A stretch of DNA of 64,000 bases, from assembly GCA_028150825.1 (NCBI GenBank), contig JAOGIM010000004.1, positions 16,555 through 80,554 of the forward strand, read 5' to 3'. Both the position numbers and the translations under genes were made by a program. The notes below the pieces were generated by a model. That model searched no databases. It saw only the letters and a list, made by a program, of their open reading frames with translations, and had not been told where the DNA came from. Source of the DNA: Paracoccaceae bacterium. Lineage in GTDB: Bacteria > Pseudomonadota > Alphaproteobacteria > Rhodobacterales > Rhodobacteraceae. Positions 28,996 to 38,034 of this stretch are shown piece by piece. Each line of letters opens with the position of its first letter. The stretch's first letter is position 1.

Positions 28996-29892
28996 TTGGA
29001 AAAAAAGGACCACATCGACCTTTTTGGAACCACAGCTTTGATAGGCCTTTCAGCATTATTGGGAATAAATCATGTAGTTATCAAAGTTGTCAACTCTGGA
29101 CTTAATCCAGTCTTTTTCGCAGGATTGCGATCGGTGATAGCTTTTGTTTTTCTGGTAATTTACTTTAAATTAACGAATAAAAAGATGCTTTTCTCAAGAG
29201 ATACTATAGCTATATCGATCTTAGCCGGAGTAGTGTTTGCCTTAGAGTTTCTTTTTTTGTTTCTGGCTCTGGACTTTACAACCGTAACACGCAACTCAAT
29301 ACTTTATTATTCCATGCCAATTTGGATCACAGCCTTTGGCCATTTTTTCCTCCCAAACGAAAAGTTGAGCTTTTTCAAAGCTCTCGGATTAATTTTTGCT
29401 TTTGCAGGTGTGGCTCTTGCCCTGTCAGATAATGCGGAGGCACTATCTATTCATAACTTGCAACTAATTGGCGATTTTCTAGCTATAATGGCAGCAATTC
29501 TGTGGGCAATGATAATCTATCTTGCAAAGGGCACTAAATTCAAAGAAGTGACCCCAGAAATGCAGCTCGTCTGGATGTTACTGGTCTCGGGCCCAATTTT
29601 ACTAATAGCCTCACTGTTTTTTGGTGAATTGGTTAGAGATTTTCAAATGGTCCACCTTTGGGGGTTATTGTTTCAAAGCATAGTTGTCGCAGCGGGTGGC
29701 TTTTTATTCTGGCTGTGGCTGGTATCGGTTTACCCGGCATCCAGTGTTGCAAGCTTTTCTTTTTTAAGTCCAATTTTTACAATATTTTTTGGGTGGCTAT
29801 TATTAGATGAAACTTTAGACCTATCTTTTATTCTAGCAGCACTTTTAGTGATTATTGGATTGGTCTGTATCAATAGAAAAATCCAAAAATAA
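28996..29892 (+). CDS. DMT-superfamily (EamA) transporter
   Basis: 298 aa, TTG start, about 10 TM segments with the two-EamA-repeat layout. Confidence 0.8.
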   Translation: MEKKDHIDLFGTTALIGLSALLGINHVVIKVVNSGLNPVFFAGLRSVIAFVFLVIYFKLTNKKMLFSRDTIAISILAGVVFALEFLFLFLALDFTTVTRNSILYYSMPIWITAFGHFFLPNEKLSFFKALGLIFAFAGVALALSDNAEALSIHNLQLIGDFLAIMAAILWAMIIYLAKGTKFKEVTPEMQLVWMLLVSGPILLIASLFFGELVRDFQMVHLWGLLFQSIVVAAGGFLFWLWLVSVYPASSVASFSFLSPIFTIFFGWLLLDETLDLSFILAALLVIIGLVCINRKIQK

Positions 29893-30003
29893 TGCTCACT
29901 GGACTAAAAAATTGGGCATGTGCGGATAAAAAACAGATATCTAGTTTATTTGCAGTTTCGTCTAGCTAAAAATAGACAAAAATTATAACAACAGGTATAG
30001 ATT

Positions 30004-30245
30004 TTATGGATCAACCCAAACAGGCTGCGCTTCAATTTCATCAAAACATGCCTCCGGCCCCTCCATCGTGATGTTTAATGAATGATCATTTATAAGTGAT
30101 TGAACATAGATCTGCTTACAGTTTTTTAATTCACTTTCTACTAACAGTCGTAGTCTAGTCTTTAAACCATTGGTAATGTAGCGCAGTGTTACAAAACCGG
30201 GCTAACCACCCTAGTTTCCCATCAATCTTAAAAGTAACTTGCCTA
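30004..30245 (-). pseudogene. 3' fragment of a YbaK/ProX-like paralog
   Basis: The minus-strand frame reads PGFVTLRYITNGLKTRLRLLVESELKNCKQIYVQSLINDHSLNITMEGPEACFDEIEAQPVWVDP*. It is colinear with the C-terminus of the gene at 23708-24253 (...ELKNCKQIYVHPLVNDRTLGITVE...EPVWVDL*). An upstream TAG and indels are present and the 5' half is missing. Confidence 0.75.
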
Positions 30246-30545
30246 ACACGAGTAAGAGTATGTTTGAAAACAAGTAAATCTTCGTCAAAAAATGTCACAG
30301 TCGCTGAGCTTTGTTTAAGCATTGAACTTCAACATAATATTGTTTCGGTTCCATAATATGTTTTGGTATAAAAATGTCGTCTATTACACAAGCACTATGT
30401 TCAAAATAGCGTTTCAAATTCATTTTGATAAAAAAGCGCTACAATTCAACAGTTCATTATTCGAAACCGACTAAAATTTAAGTTATCGTTTTATATTTAT
30501 TATTGGTAGCAGAGGAGTAGCTTGGAGCCCTGACACGAAGTTTTA

Positions 30546-31424
30546 TTATATTTTTCGACTAATCATTTGTTCTCGATGAAAAGTATAAATGCCTGTACTA
30601 ACTATAATAAGGGTTCCAACTAAAGTTGGTTGATCGGGCCAATCGCCAAACATTAAAATGCCCAGCCCAATTGCTCCGAGCATGGAGGTATATCTAAAAG
30701 GAGAAACAAAGCTAATCTCTCCAGTTCGCATAGCCATTACACTCAATAAAGTAGCGATCAAAACTGCAACAGCCGCACCGATAAGTAGCAACCATGATGC
30801 TGCACTGACAGCATACCATTCTGTACCAATCATCATAATTCCAGCAAACAAAGCACTACCAATAGCTGTCGATAGAACCACGGTGATGGTTGGCACTTCG
30901 TTTGTTAACTTACGAGTAGCAATTTCCCTTACAGTAATGAAAATAATTGCTACCAAAGCTGAAAGCGAATAAACATTAAAACCTTCTAAGCCGGGTCGGA
31001 CAACTATCAGAACACCGAAGAAGCCTACGAGTATGGCACTCCAGCGTCGCCACCCAACGGGTTCTGCTAGAAAAAGTGCAGCAGCCAATGTTACAGCAAG
31101 CGGTAAAGCCTGTAGAATTGCAGTAACATTGGCTAGCGGCATGTACTTAAGGGCTGTCAAAAAAGCGATTGTAGTGCAAATCTCAGCAACTACCCGCACA
31201 AATATAAGGCGTTTGTCTTGATTTGATAGATTGCGGATCGTCACTTTAGAAATCCAACCTATAACCAAAATTGGTGGAACTGTGATTATACTACGCAGGA
31301 ATACTGCCTGGAATAGAGCGATATCAGAAAACAGAAGTTTCATAAAAGCGTCATTAATGACATATGCAAATACGCAACCAGTCATCAGAGCAGCGCCTGT
31401 CATATTGTTGCTAAGACGCATCAA
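30546..31424 (-). CDS. DMT-superfamily (EamA) transporter
   Basis: 292 aa, about 10 TM segments. Confidence 0.85.
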   Translation of the reverse strand: MMRLSNNMTGAALMTGCVFAYVINDAFMKLLFSDIALFQAVFLRSIITVPPILVIGWISKVTIRNLSNQDKRLIFVRVVAEICTTIAFLTALKYMPLANVTAILQALPLAVTLAAALFLAEPVGWRRWSAILVGFFGVLIVVRPGLEGFNVYSLSALVAIIFITVREIATRKLTNEVPTITVVLSTAIGSALFAGIMMIGTEWYAVSAASWLLLIGAAVAVLIATLLSVMAMRTGEISFVSPFRYTSMLGAIGLGILMFGDWPDQPTLVGTLIIVSTGIYTFHREQMISRKI

Positions 31425-31738
31425 AAACCTCTAATTATTTTTGCTTAAAAAGGTAATAGTTAGATTAAGGCTTAACCTACGAAAGTTTTAATCCAAGCGT
31501 ACAAATTATCAGAAATATAATGAGCTTACCAGTTCTATAAAGCAGTAAAGGCTAAAATACACTAATTTGGAAGATAGATGCCGAAATGAATTTCTTTTAA
31601 ACTGCGAATATTTTTAAAAATTAGAAGACGAAATAGGTTTTTCTCTCATCATATAGGTTGTTCAGTTATATTTTTATTTGATGATATCAACTCAAAGTAA
31701 CACTGTGTTGAAAGCAGTTTAAATTTCCAAAAATAAAA

Positions 31739-32650
31739 TCATGTTTTCTTCATGTTCTGATATTCAAATAGACCAATGCCACCAAATACAAAAATCATTG
31801 CAGAAAAGTGGTAAATGCTAAAAACCTCACTTAACATTACCACTGCAATAATAGCAGAAAATATAGGTACCAAATTGGCATATAATCCAGCTGATCCAGA
31901 GCCTATCAGATCAACACCGCGCATAAAAAATATCTGCGAAATAAATGATGGAACGATAGCGATGTAAATAATGATCAACCAGCCCTTAGGCCCGGGCATG
32001 ATTGTTTCGTATACGACACTTTCAATCGCCATTAATGGTATAGTCATCAAGAAAGCAGCTACTGAAAAATACCCCAGCATTACCAGGCCCGATACCTTAG
32101 GTCTGTTTTTCAGTCCAATCGCATAGGCTGCATAAAACAAGCATCCAAAAAACATCAAAAAGTCACCTGTATTAAAGGTTAACAGCATCAGATTTTCAAT
32201 TGAACCTTTAGAAACCATTACAACCACACCGATGAGCGTAAGTATAAGTCCTGTAATTTGCAGCTTATTGACGCGAGAACCAAATATCAAGAATGAGCCC
32301 AGTAGGATCATCCCAGGCATCGTACTCTGCATTATACCCAAGTTCACTGCAGTTGTGCTGTGGGCTGCAGTATAGAAGAGCGCATTAAACATGCTCAGCC
32401 CAAAGCCACCCATTAGAAGGACCCATTTAAGTCTTTTACGAATCACTGGCCATCCCTTGGCCATCTCTTTGCTGTGCAGCGTAAAGATGATGATAACAAC
32501 TATACCCCATCGCAAAAAAATCAGCATCATTGGAGATACTTCATCAACGGCTAGACGACTGGCAACGGCATTGCTGCCCCAACCAAGTGTGGCAAGACAC
32601 AGCAATATGGGAGCATTGGCATAAATCCGAGAAAAGAGAAGAAAATTCAT
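31739..32650 (-). CDS. DMT-superfamily (EamA) transporter
   Basis: 303 aa, about 10 TM segments. Confidence 0.85.
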   Translation of the reverse strand: MNFLLFSRIYANAPILLCLATLGWGSNAVASRLAVDEVSPMMLIFLRWGIVVIIIFTLHSKEMAKGWPVIRKRLKWVLLMGGFGLSMFNALFYTAAHSTTAVNLGIMQSTMPGMILLGSFLIFGSRVNKLQITGLILTLIGVVVMVSKGSIENLMLLTFNTGDFLMFFGCLFYAAYAIGLKNRPKVSGLVMLGYFSVAAFLMTIPLMAIESVVYETIMPGPKGWLIIIYIAIVPSFISQIFFMRGVDLIGSGSAGLYANLVPIFSAIIAVVMLSEVFSIYHFSAMIFVFGGIGLFEYQNMKKT

Positions 32651-32940
32651 AGTTTGTTCTTAGATCATATATTAGCTTGAGAAAATTACTTTATGCACGA
32701 GTATTAATTAAAAATTTCAGCTTCATAGTTCAGCCGCTGCAAAAATGGTGGAAGCAGGCACGGATTTTAAATGAGCATCTAACGCAAAACAGCAAACACA
32801 CAACGAAACGCTTTTTCAATCACATCACAATCATAATTATAAGCTTTTAACATTTTATCTCTAATGTTTTAATTGTTCTTCCTGAGAGATAAATACTAGG
32901 AAGATTTTTTTTGCCCCAAACTGTAGAATGAATGAAATTG

Positions 32941-33849
32941 TCAGACACATTTCTTTACAGATGCCGTCCTTATTTCTTGGGAAAATAATCTCATGCGTCG
33001 ATTAAGTCTTCGTTTATCTGAATGTGCTAAATAGATCAGAAACTCTGGTATTTGGATTTTAGGTAATATGGGAATTAATTCACCTTTTTCAAAAGCATCT
33101 CGTAATATGAAGTCTGGTAACTTGGCGATGCCCTGACCACTAATAGCTGATTTCAATAAAAAATGTCCACTATTGCTATTAAGCGAGGGTGAAAAATCAA
33201 TCACATCGCTTTTTTTAGTATTTTCAGAAATAAACGTCCATCTTCCGCGTTTTGCTGGTCCATAATGGATTAATTTATGTGATTTTAATTGCTTTAAGTT
33301 TTCCGGGTTTCCGTTTTCTTTGATGTACGACTGGGACGCGCAAAGGCAGTGTTTTACGATGCCCAAATCTTTAGTAATTACGCCTTCTCGGATTTTAGGA
33401 CTAATTCCTATCGCAAAGTCATAATTATCAATTTCAAGATCAATAAATCGATCATCAAAATCAACATTAAGCTGAATTTTTGGGTACTTTTTCTGAAAAT
33501 CAACCAATGTAGCACTCAAAAATGAGAGCCCAAAATCGCGAGGGACGGAAATAGCTAGTGGACCAGAAATAGCACTTTGCGTACTTTTAAAGTCTGCGTC
33601 TATTTCTTCGAAGTCTTCTACAGTCGTGATAGCTCGTTGGTATAACTCTCGTCCAATTTCAGTAACGTTCCAATTCCCAGGTGATCGGTTTATCAACTTG
33701 GCTGAATAGCGGTCTTCCAACAATTGCAGTCTTCTACTAACTGCTGATTTTGCAATATTAAGCTTTTCTGCAGCCTTCGAAATACTTCGATATTCTACCA
33801 CAAGTGCAAACAATTTTAAGTCTTCTAGTTGCCCCACAGTGTTCTCCAA
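32941..33849 (-). CDS. LysR-family transcriptional regulator
   Basis: 302 aa. N-terminal HTH LKLFALVVEYRSISKAAEKLNIAKSAVSRRLQLLE. TTG start. Divergent from the pirin-yqjG genes. Confidence 0.9.
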   Translation of the reverse strand: MENTVGQLEDLKLFALVVEYRSISKAAEKLNIAKSAVSRRLQLLEDRYSAKLINRSPGNWNVTEIGRELYQRAITTVEDFEEIDADFKSTQSAISGPLAISVPRDFGLSFLSATLVDFQKKYPKIQLNVDFDDRFIDLEIDNYDFAIGISPKIREGVITKDLGIVKHCLCASQSYIKENGNPENLKQLKSHKLIHYGPAKRGRWTFISENTKKSDVIDFSPSLNSNSGHFLLKSAISGQGIAKLPDFILRDAFEKGELIPILPKIQIPEFLIYLAHSDKRRLNRRMRLFSQEIRTASVKKCV

Positions 33850-34226
33850 TTTAGAACAATATTCATTGGTGATATAGGATGTTTCTAAGAATAAAGCACT
33901 TATTGATCAAGCTCAGGCACTTTGGTGTGATTGAATTTGATAATTAAGTAAATTTTTTGATTTAAATTTGGCAAAAATAAATACTACCTTTATGCTTGTT
34001 GTTTTATTTAGAACGTCATGTACTCTTTTAAATGTATTGTTATCGTAACAAAAATAGACAAATAGGTTCAAACTTCTTAGTTTCTTTAGGTAGCCTATGC
34101 TTCTTAATTGGATCTGCGCGATGGCTGTAAAATGTTTTCTTAGGAACAATTTTTGTTTGATTTATGTTCTCCACATGAACCTAAATATTAACTCATTATA
34201 ACCAAAGGCTGCTCAGTTTCGATTGA

Positions 34227-34254
34227 ATAGAACAGCGGTTCTTATTTTTAGAAC
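34227..34254. promoter_or_regulatory. Candidate LysR operator upstream of the pirin gene
   Basis: Imperfect dyad ATAGAAC-AGCG-GTTCTTAT followed by TTAGAAC. The TTAGAAC word recurs at 33851 and 34008 in the same intergenic region. Confidence 0.3.
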
Positions 34255-34313
34255 TGCTAATCTACAAAAAAACTACTAACTGCGCGATATGATAACCAGA
34301 AAGGAAATTTAAC

Positions 34314-35228
34314 TTGTCTATTCGGCCAGCTATTTCGACCAGTCTCGCAAGTCCAACATTAGAAGGGGCTGGCGTGCATCTACACCGCGCATTTGGCTTT
34401 AACCAACCTGAACTTTTCGATCCATTTCTACTGTTTGATGATTTTCGGAATGATGATCCTGATGCTTTTGCAGGTGGTTTTCCATGGCATCCGCATAGGG
34501 GAATTGAAACGATCACCTACGTGTTAAATGGCTCTGTTGACCATAGCGATAGTCTCGGTAACAGTGGAAAGCTTAACTCGGGTGATATCCAATGGATGAC
34601 TGCTGGAGCTGGAATAATGCATCAAGAGATGCCAACCGGAAATGTCAAAGGCCAGATGCATGGATTTCAACTCTGGGCAAACCTGCCTGGTAGTCTCAAA
34701 ATGACGTCGCCGCGCTATCAGGATGTTGAGGGTAAAGAAATACCAGAAATAACAGATGATGACGGAACGATAGTCAAGGTGATTACTGGAGAGTTTTGGG
34801 GCCAGAGAGGGCCAGTAGACGGAATAGCTGCAGATCCCTTATACTTAGATATTACGATTCCAACGGGTTGCCAAAAATCCTTTAAGGTAGACACTTACAG
34901 AAATACCTTTGCTTATATTTTCGAAGGAGCAGGTAAATTTGTGGATGCGTCGTCACCAAAAGGTATTTTATTAGAAAAAGAAGTCTTAGGAAAAGAACTA
35001 AATATAAGGGATATGTCTGGCAATCGTACTTTAGTGCAATTTGGCACTGGTGAAGAGATTGTAGTTAGAGCTGGTCCAAAAGGACTGCGTTTTTTGTTAG
35101 TCGCAGGGACTCCCATACAAGAACCTGTAGCGTGGCATGGTCCGATAGTCATGAACACCAAAGAAGAACTACAGCAAGCGTTTTCTGATTTGAGGAACAA
35201 CCGTTTCATCAAACCGAACGATCATTAA
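34314..35228 (+). CDS. Pirin-family protein
   Basis: 304 aa. HPHRGIETITYVLNG..HSDSLGN...GDIQWMTAGAGIMHQE is the canonical pirin cupin motif. TTG start. Confidence 0.9.
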   Translation: MSIRPAISTSLASPTLEGAGVHLHRAFGFNQPELFDPFLLFDDFRNDDPDAFAGGFPWHPHRGIETITYVLNGSVDHSDSLGNSGKLNSGDIQWMTAGAGIMHQEMPTGNVKGQMHGFQLWANLPGSLKMTSPRYQDVEGKEIPEITDDDGTIVKVITGEFWGQRGPVDGIAADPLYLDITIPTGCQKSFKVDTYRNTFAYIFEGAGKFVDASSPKGILLEKEVLGKELNIRDMSGNRTLVQFGTGEEIVVRAGPKGLRFLLVAGTPIQEPVAWHGPIVMNTKEELQQAFSDLRNNRFIKPNDH

Positions 35229-35243
35229 TATAAGGACAAACAT

Positions 35244-36227
35244 ATGGGTTTACTGCAAAACGGGAAATGGGTTGATCAGTGGTACGACACCAAAGCAACT
35301 GGTGGGCATTTTGTACGAAAAACACCTCAATTTAGAAATTGGGTTACCATCGATGGTGCTGCGGGACCAAGTGGAGAGGGTGGGTTCAAGGCAGAATCAG
35401 GACGCTATCACCTTTATGTTTCGCTCGCCTGTCCGTGGGCACATCGTACTTTGATATTTCGCGCTCTGAAGGGCTTGGAAGATATGATTTCCGTCTCGAT
35501 AGTTCATTGGTACATGGCTGAGAATGGATGGACGTTTGACGTTGGTAAGGACGTAGCACCCGACACAGTTAATGGTGCACAGTTTATGTATCAAATCTAC
35601 ACCAATGGGAAACCCGACTATTCAGGCCGCGTCACTGTCCCAGTTTTGTGGGATAAAAAAACAAAAGCAATTGTCTCAAATGAATCATCCGAAATTATCC
35701 GGATGTTAAATTCAGCATTTGATGAAATTGGTGCGTTGCATGGTGACTACTACCCTGAACATCTAAGATCCGAAATTGATACGCTTAATGACCGTATATA
35801 CACGACACTAAACAATGGCGTATATCGTTGTGGTTTTGCCACCACACAAGAAGCCTATGAGGCAGCCGTGACCCCGCTATTTGATACGTTGGACTGGCTC
35901 GAAGGTATTCTTTCCTCGAAACGCTTCTTGACAGGCAATAAAATCACAGAAGCAGATTGGCGTCTGTTCACTACGCTGGTTCGGTTTGATGCAGTGTATG
36001 TGGGACATTTTAAATGTAATGTCCGCCGCGTCGCTGACTACCCAAACCTTTCTGGATATTTGTGCGAACTTTACCAGCAACCCGGTATCGCCCAAACGGT
36101 CAATATGGAGCACATAAAAAGGCATTATTACGAAAGCCACGATAGCATAAACCCGTCTAGGGTGGTGCCTAAAGGTCCAGTAATTGATTTCACGGTACTG
36201 CATGGGCGGGAAAAAATCAGGAATTAA
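35244..36227 (+). CDS. yqjG: Xi-class glutathione transferase / glutathionyl-hydroquinone reductase
   Basis: 327 aa. RYHLYVSLACPWAHRT catalytic motif and VPVLWDKKTKAIVSNESSEIIRMLN as in YqjG/ECM4. Confidence 0.9.
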   Translation: MGLLQNGKWVDQWYDTKATGGHFVRKTPQFRNWVTIDGAAGPSGEGGFKAESGRYHLYVSLACPWAHRTLIFRALKGLEDMISVSIVHWYMAENGWTFDVGKDVAPDTVNGAQFMYQIYTNGKPDYSGRVTVPVLWDKKTKAIVSNESSEIIRMLNSAFDEIGALHGDYYPEHLRSEIDTLNDRIYTTLNNGVYRCGFATTQEAYEAAVTPLFDTLDWLEGILSSKRFLTGNKITEADWRLFTTLVRFDAVYVGHFKCNVRRVADYPNLSGYLCELYQQPGIAQTVNMEHIKRHYYESHDSINPSRVVPKGPVIDFTVLHGREKIRN

Positions 36228-36232
36228 GGTTC

Positions 36233-37159
36233 ATGGATTTGGCGCGCACTGGTATATATTCTGGAGAAGGGAGTATGCTCGCCGAGGAACAGGCTGAAAA
36301 CTCGTGCTACTTTTATGAGCTAGCCTCCGCGCAATTTGGCTGGAACCTGAATTTGGTTGAAAAGGTGTGGGCCTTAAATTTCAAGGGTGGGCAAGATGCC
36401 AATGCAGGCGCTGGCGGCCATTTACCCAGAGAAAAAGTCGAAAGTAAAATCGCAGAGGCCCGCAGGCTCACACCTGATCAATCTGTAATTTCCCCAGCAG
36501 TTTTTATAGACTTGCAAACACCATCTGACTTTCAAAAACTTGACGATGCGTTGCGCGAGCATCCTGTCGTTATTCCCATCGGGTTTATACTGTTTGCGAA
36601 CCATATTGAACACGATATAGACATTGCATTGGAGGCTGGCGCAGATTACATCATTCTTGATGGACGGGGTGGTGGTACGGGTGGGGTGCCGTTAATTTTC
36701 TGCGATCACATATCTGTACCAGCGATCTCTGCGCTTGCTCCTGCGCGCAAGAATCTTCATGCAAAAACTGGGCGTAAGATTTCGCTCGTGATTACTGGTG
36801 GGCTTTGGGTTGCAGAAGATTTTTTAAAAGCCAAAGTCTTGGGGGCAGATGCCATTGCAGTTTCAAATTCTGCGATGCAGGCGGTGGGGTGTGTTGCCGC
36901 GAGGATGTGTAATTCAAATAATTGTCCTCTTGATGTTGCGACGCAGAAATTCGAGTTTCGCAAGCGCCTGAATGTTCAGGTTGGCGCAGAACTTTTGGCG
37001 CAATATTTTTTGGTAAGTGTCGCTTTGATGCTGGTTTTGGCTCGCGCCTTTGGCCACGATTCTCTCAATCAACTCGCATCGCGTGATATTACAACTTGGC
37101 ATCGCGAAATGGCGGACCTTAGCGGTGTCAGCTTTCCTGGTTTCGTCAAAGCCCCCTGA
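36233..37159 (+). CDS. N-terminally truncated, divergent glutamate-synthase-FMN-domain-like protein (possible pseudogene)
   Basis: 308 aa. Recognisable DGRGGGTGG, ITGGL and CNSNNCP..ATQ segments. The first ~100-150 aa of the family are absent and conserved blocks are altered (KGGQDANAGAGGHLP instead of a GQGAKPGxGGxLP-type block). Confidence 0.5.
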   Translation: MDLARTGIYSGEGSMLAEEQAENSCYFYELASAQFGWNLNLVEKVWALNFKGGQDANAGAGGHLPREKVESKIAEARRLTPDQSVISPAVFIDLQTPSDFQKLDDALREHPVVIPIGFILFANHIEHDIDIALEAGADYIILDGRGGGTGGVPLIFCDHISVPAISALAPARKNLHAKTGRKISLVITGGLWVAEDFLKAKVLGADAIAVSNSAMQAVGCVAARMCNSNNCPLDVATQKFEFRKRLNVQVGAELLAQYFLVSVALMLVLARAFGHDSLNQLASRDITTWHREMADLSGVSFPGFVKAP

Positions 37160-37224
37160 GCCTTATATCAGGCTTATTTTAGACTACCTGTGTTAAAGAT
37201 CCGTTTGATTGAAAAGAATATAAG

Positions 37225-37980
37225 ATGCCCAACTCGTCCTATCCTACTTATACGCCCAGCCATGGGTACATGACTGAGAGTATTCAGCAGAAGTATATTG
37301 CCACCTCAATCAAAGATAAAACGCTTCCCGACAATGCCCATCGAATGCCAGATATTGTGGCCCTTAATGCCTCTAAAGATCAGTCTAAACCGATTCAGTT
37401 TTGGCAGTTATATTCGGTTCTGGGTCAAAAGCGCATTGTGAGAATCGTCCAAAATTTTTACCACAGGGTCTATCGAGATGAACCTTGGTTTAGCTCTATC
37501 TTTGCGAGGATTGGCGATACGTCTCATCATGTCAGGACCCAGTCTGCGATGTGGCTCGATGTCATGGGTGGTGGTTTTAAGTATCATGGTGCTGAGTTTA
37601 GGTTGAATTTTCACCATCAACATAATGCTATTGAGCTTATGAACAAAAAGGGGGCGGAACGTTGGATAAGGCTTATGGTCCAGACGCTTGATGACACCGC
37701 AGATTATATGACTGACGATCCTCGGGTAAGGATCAGTCTAAACACTTTTCTAGCCTATTTTATGACAAAGTACACAGCAGACTTTGGCTTTCAAACCAAT
37801 ACGATGTTTGGGCCAACAAACTCCAAAATAATGCAAAAAATCAACCTTCGCAACATGTCGGATGCAGAAATTGAAGCCTTATCTGAGCTTGAACTGCGCG
37901 CGGCTCTCACTGGGCGGGGCTTCAGTTTAGATGAAAATACCCCCCTGCAAGAGCTCGTCCAAAAAGCTCAGCGTTTATAG
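37225..37980 (+). CDS. Truncated-hemoglobin-like (globin-fold) domain protein with N- and C-terminal extensions
   Basis: 251 aa. The core FWQLYSVLGQKRIVRIVQNFYHRVYRDEPWFSSIF...MGGGFKYHG...FHHQH..I......AERWIRLM follows the trHb group-II pattern. The C-terminal segment is LSELELRAALTGRGFSL. Confidence 0.5.
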   Translation: MPNSSYPTYTPSHGYMTESIQQKYIATSIKDKTLPDNAHRMPDIVALNASKDQSKPIQFWQLYSVLGQKRIVRIVQNFYHRVYRDEPWFSSIFARIGDTSHHVRTQSAMWLDVMGGGFKYHGAEFRLNFHHQHNAIELMNKKGAERWIRLMVQTLDDTADYMTDDPRVRISLNTFLAYFMTKYTADFGFQTNTMFGPTNSKIMQKINLRNMSDAEIEALSELELRAALTGRGFSLDENTPLQELVQKAQRL

Positions 37981-38034
37981 CCTGGATGAACAGCTGGTGC
38001 GTTATTTGGAAAAGAAAATTGTAGGAGATATTTC

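Noticed and set aside
33913-34149. 78-aa minus-strand ORF in the LysR/pirin intergenic region
   Set aside because: It is an AT-rich, low-complexity translation without a ribosome-binding site, lying in a regulatory region.
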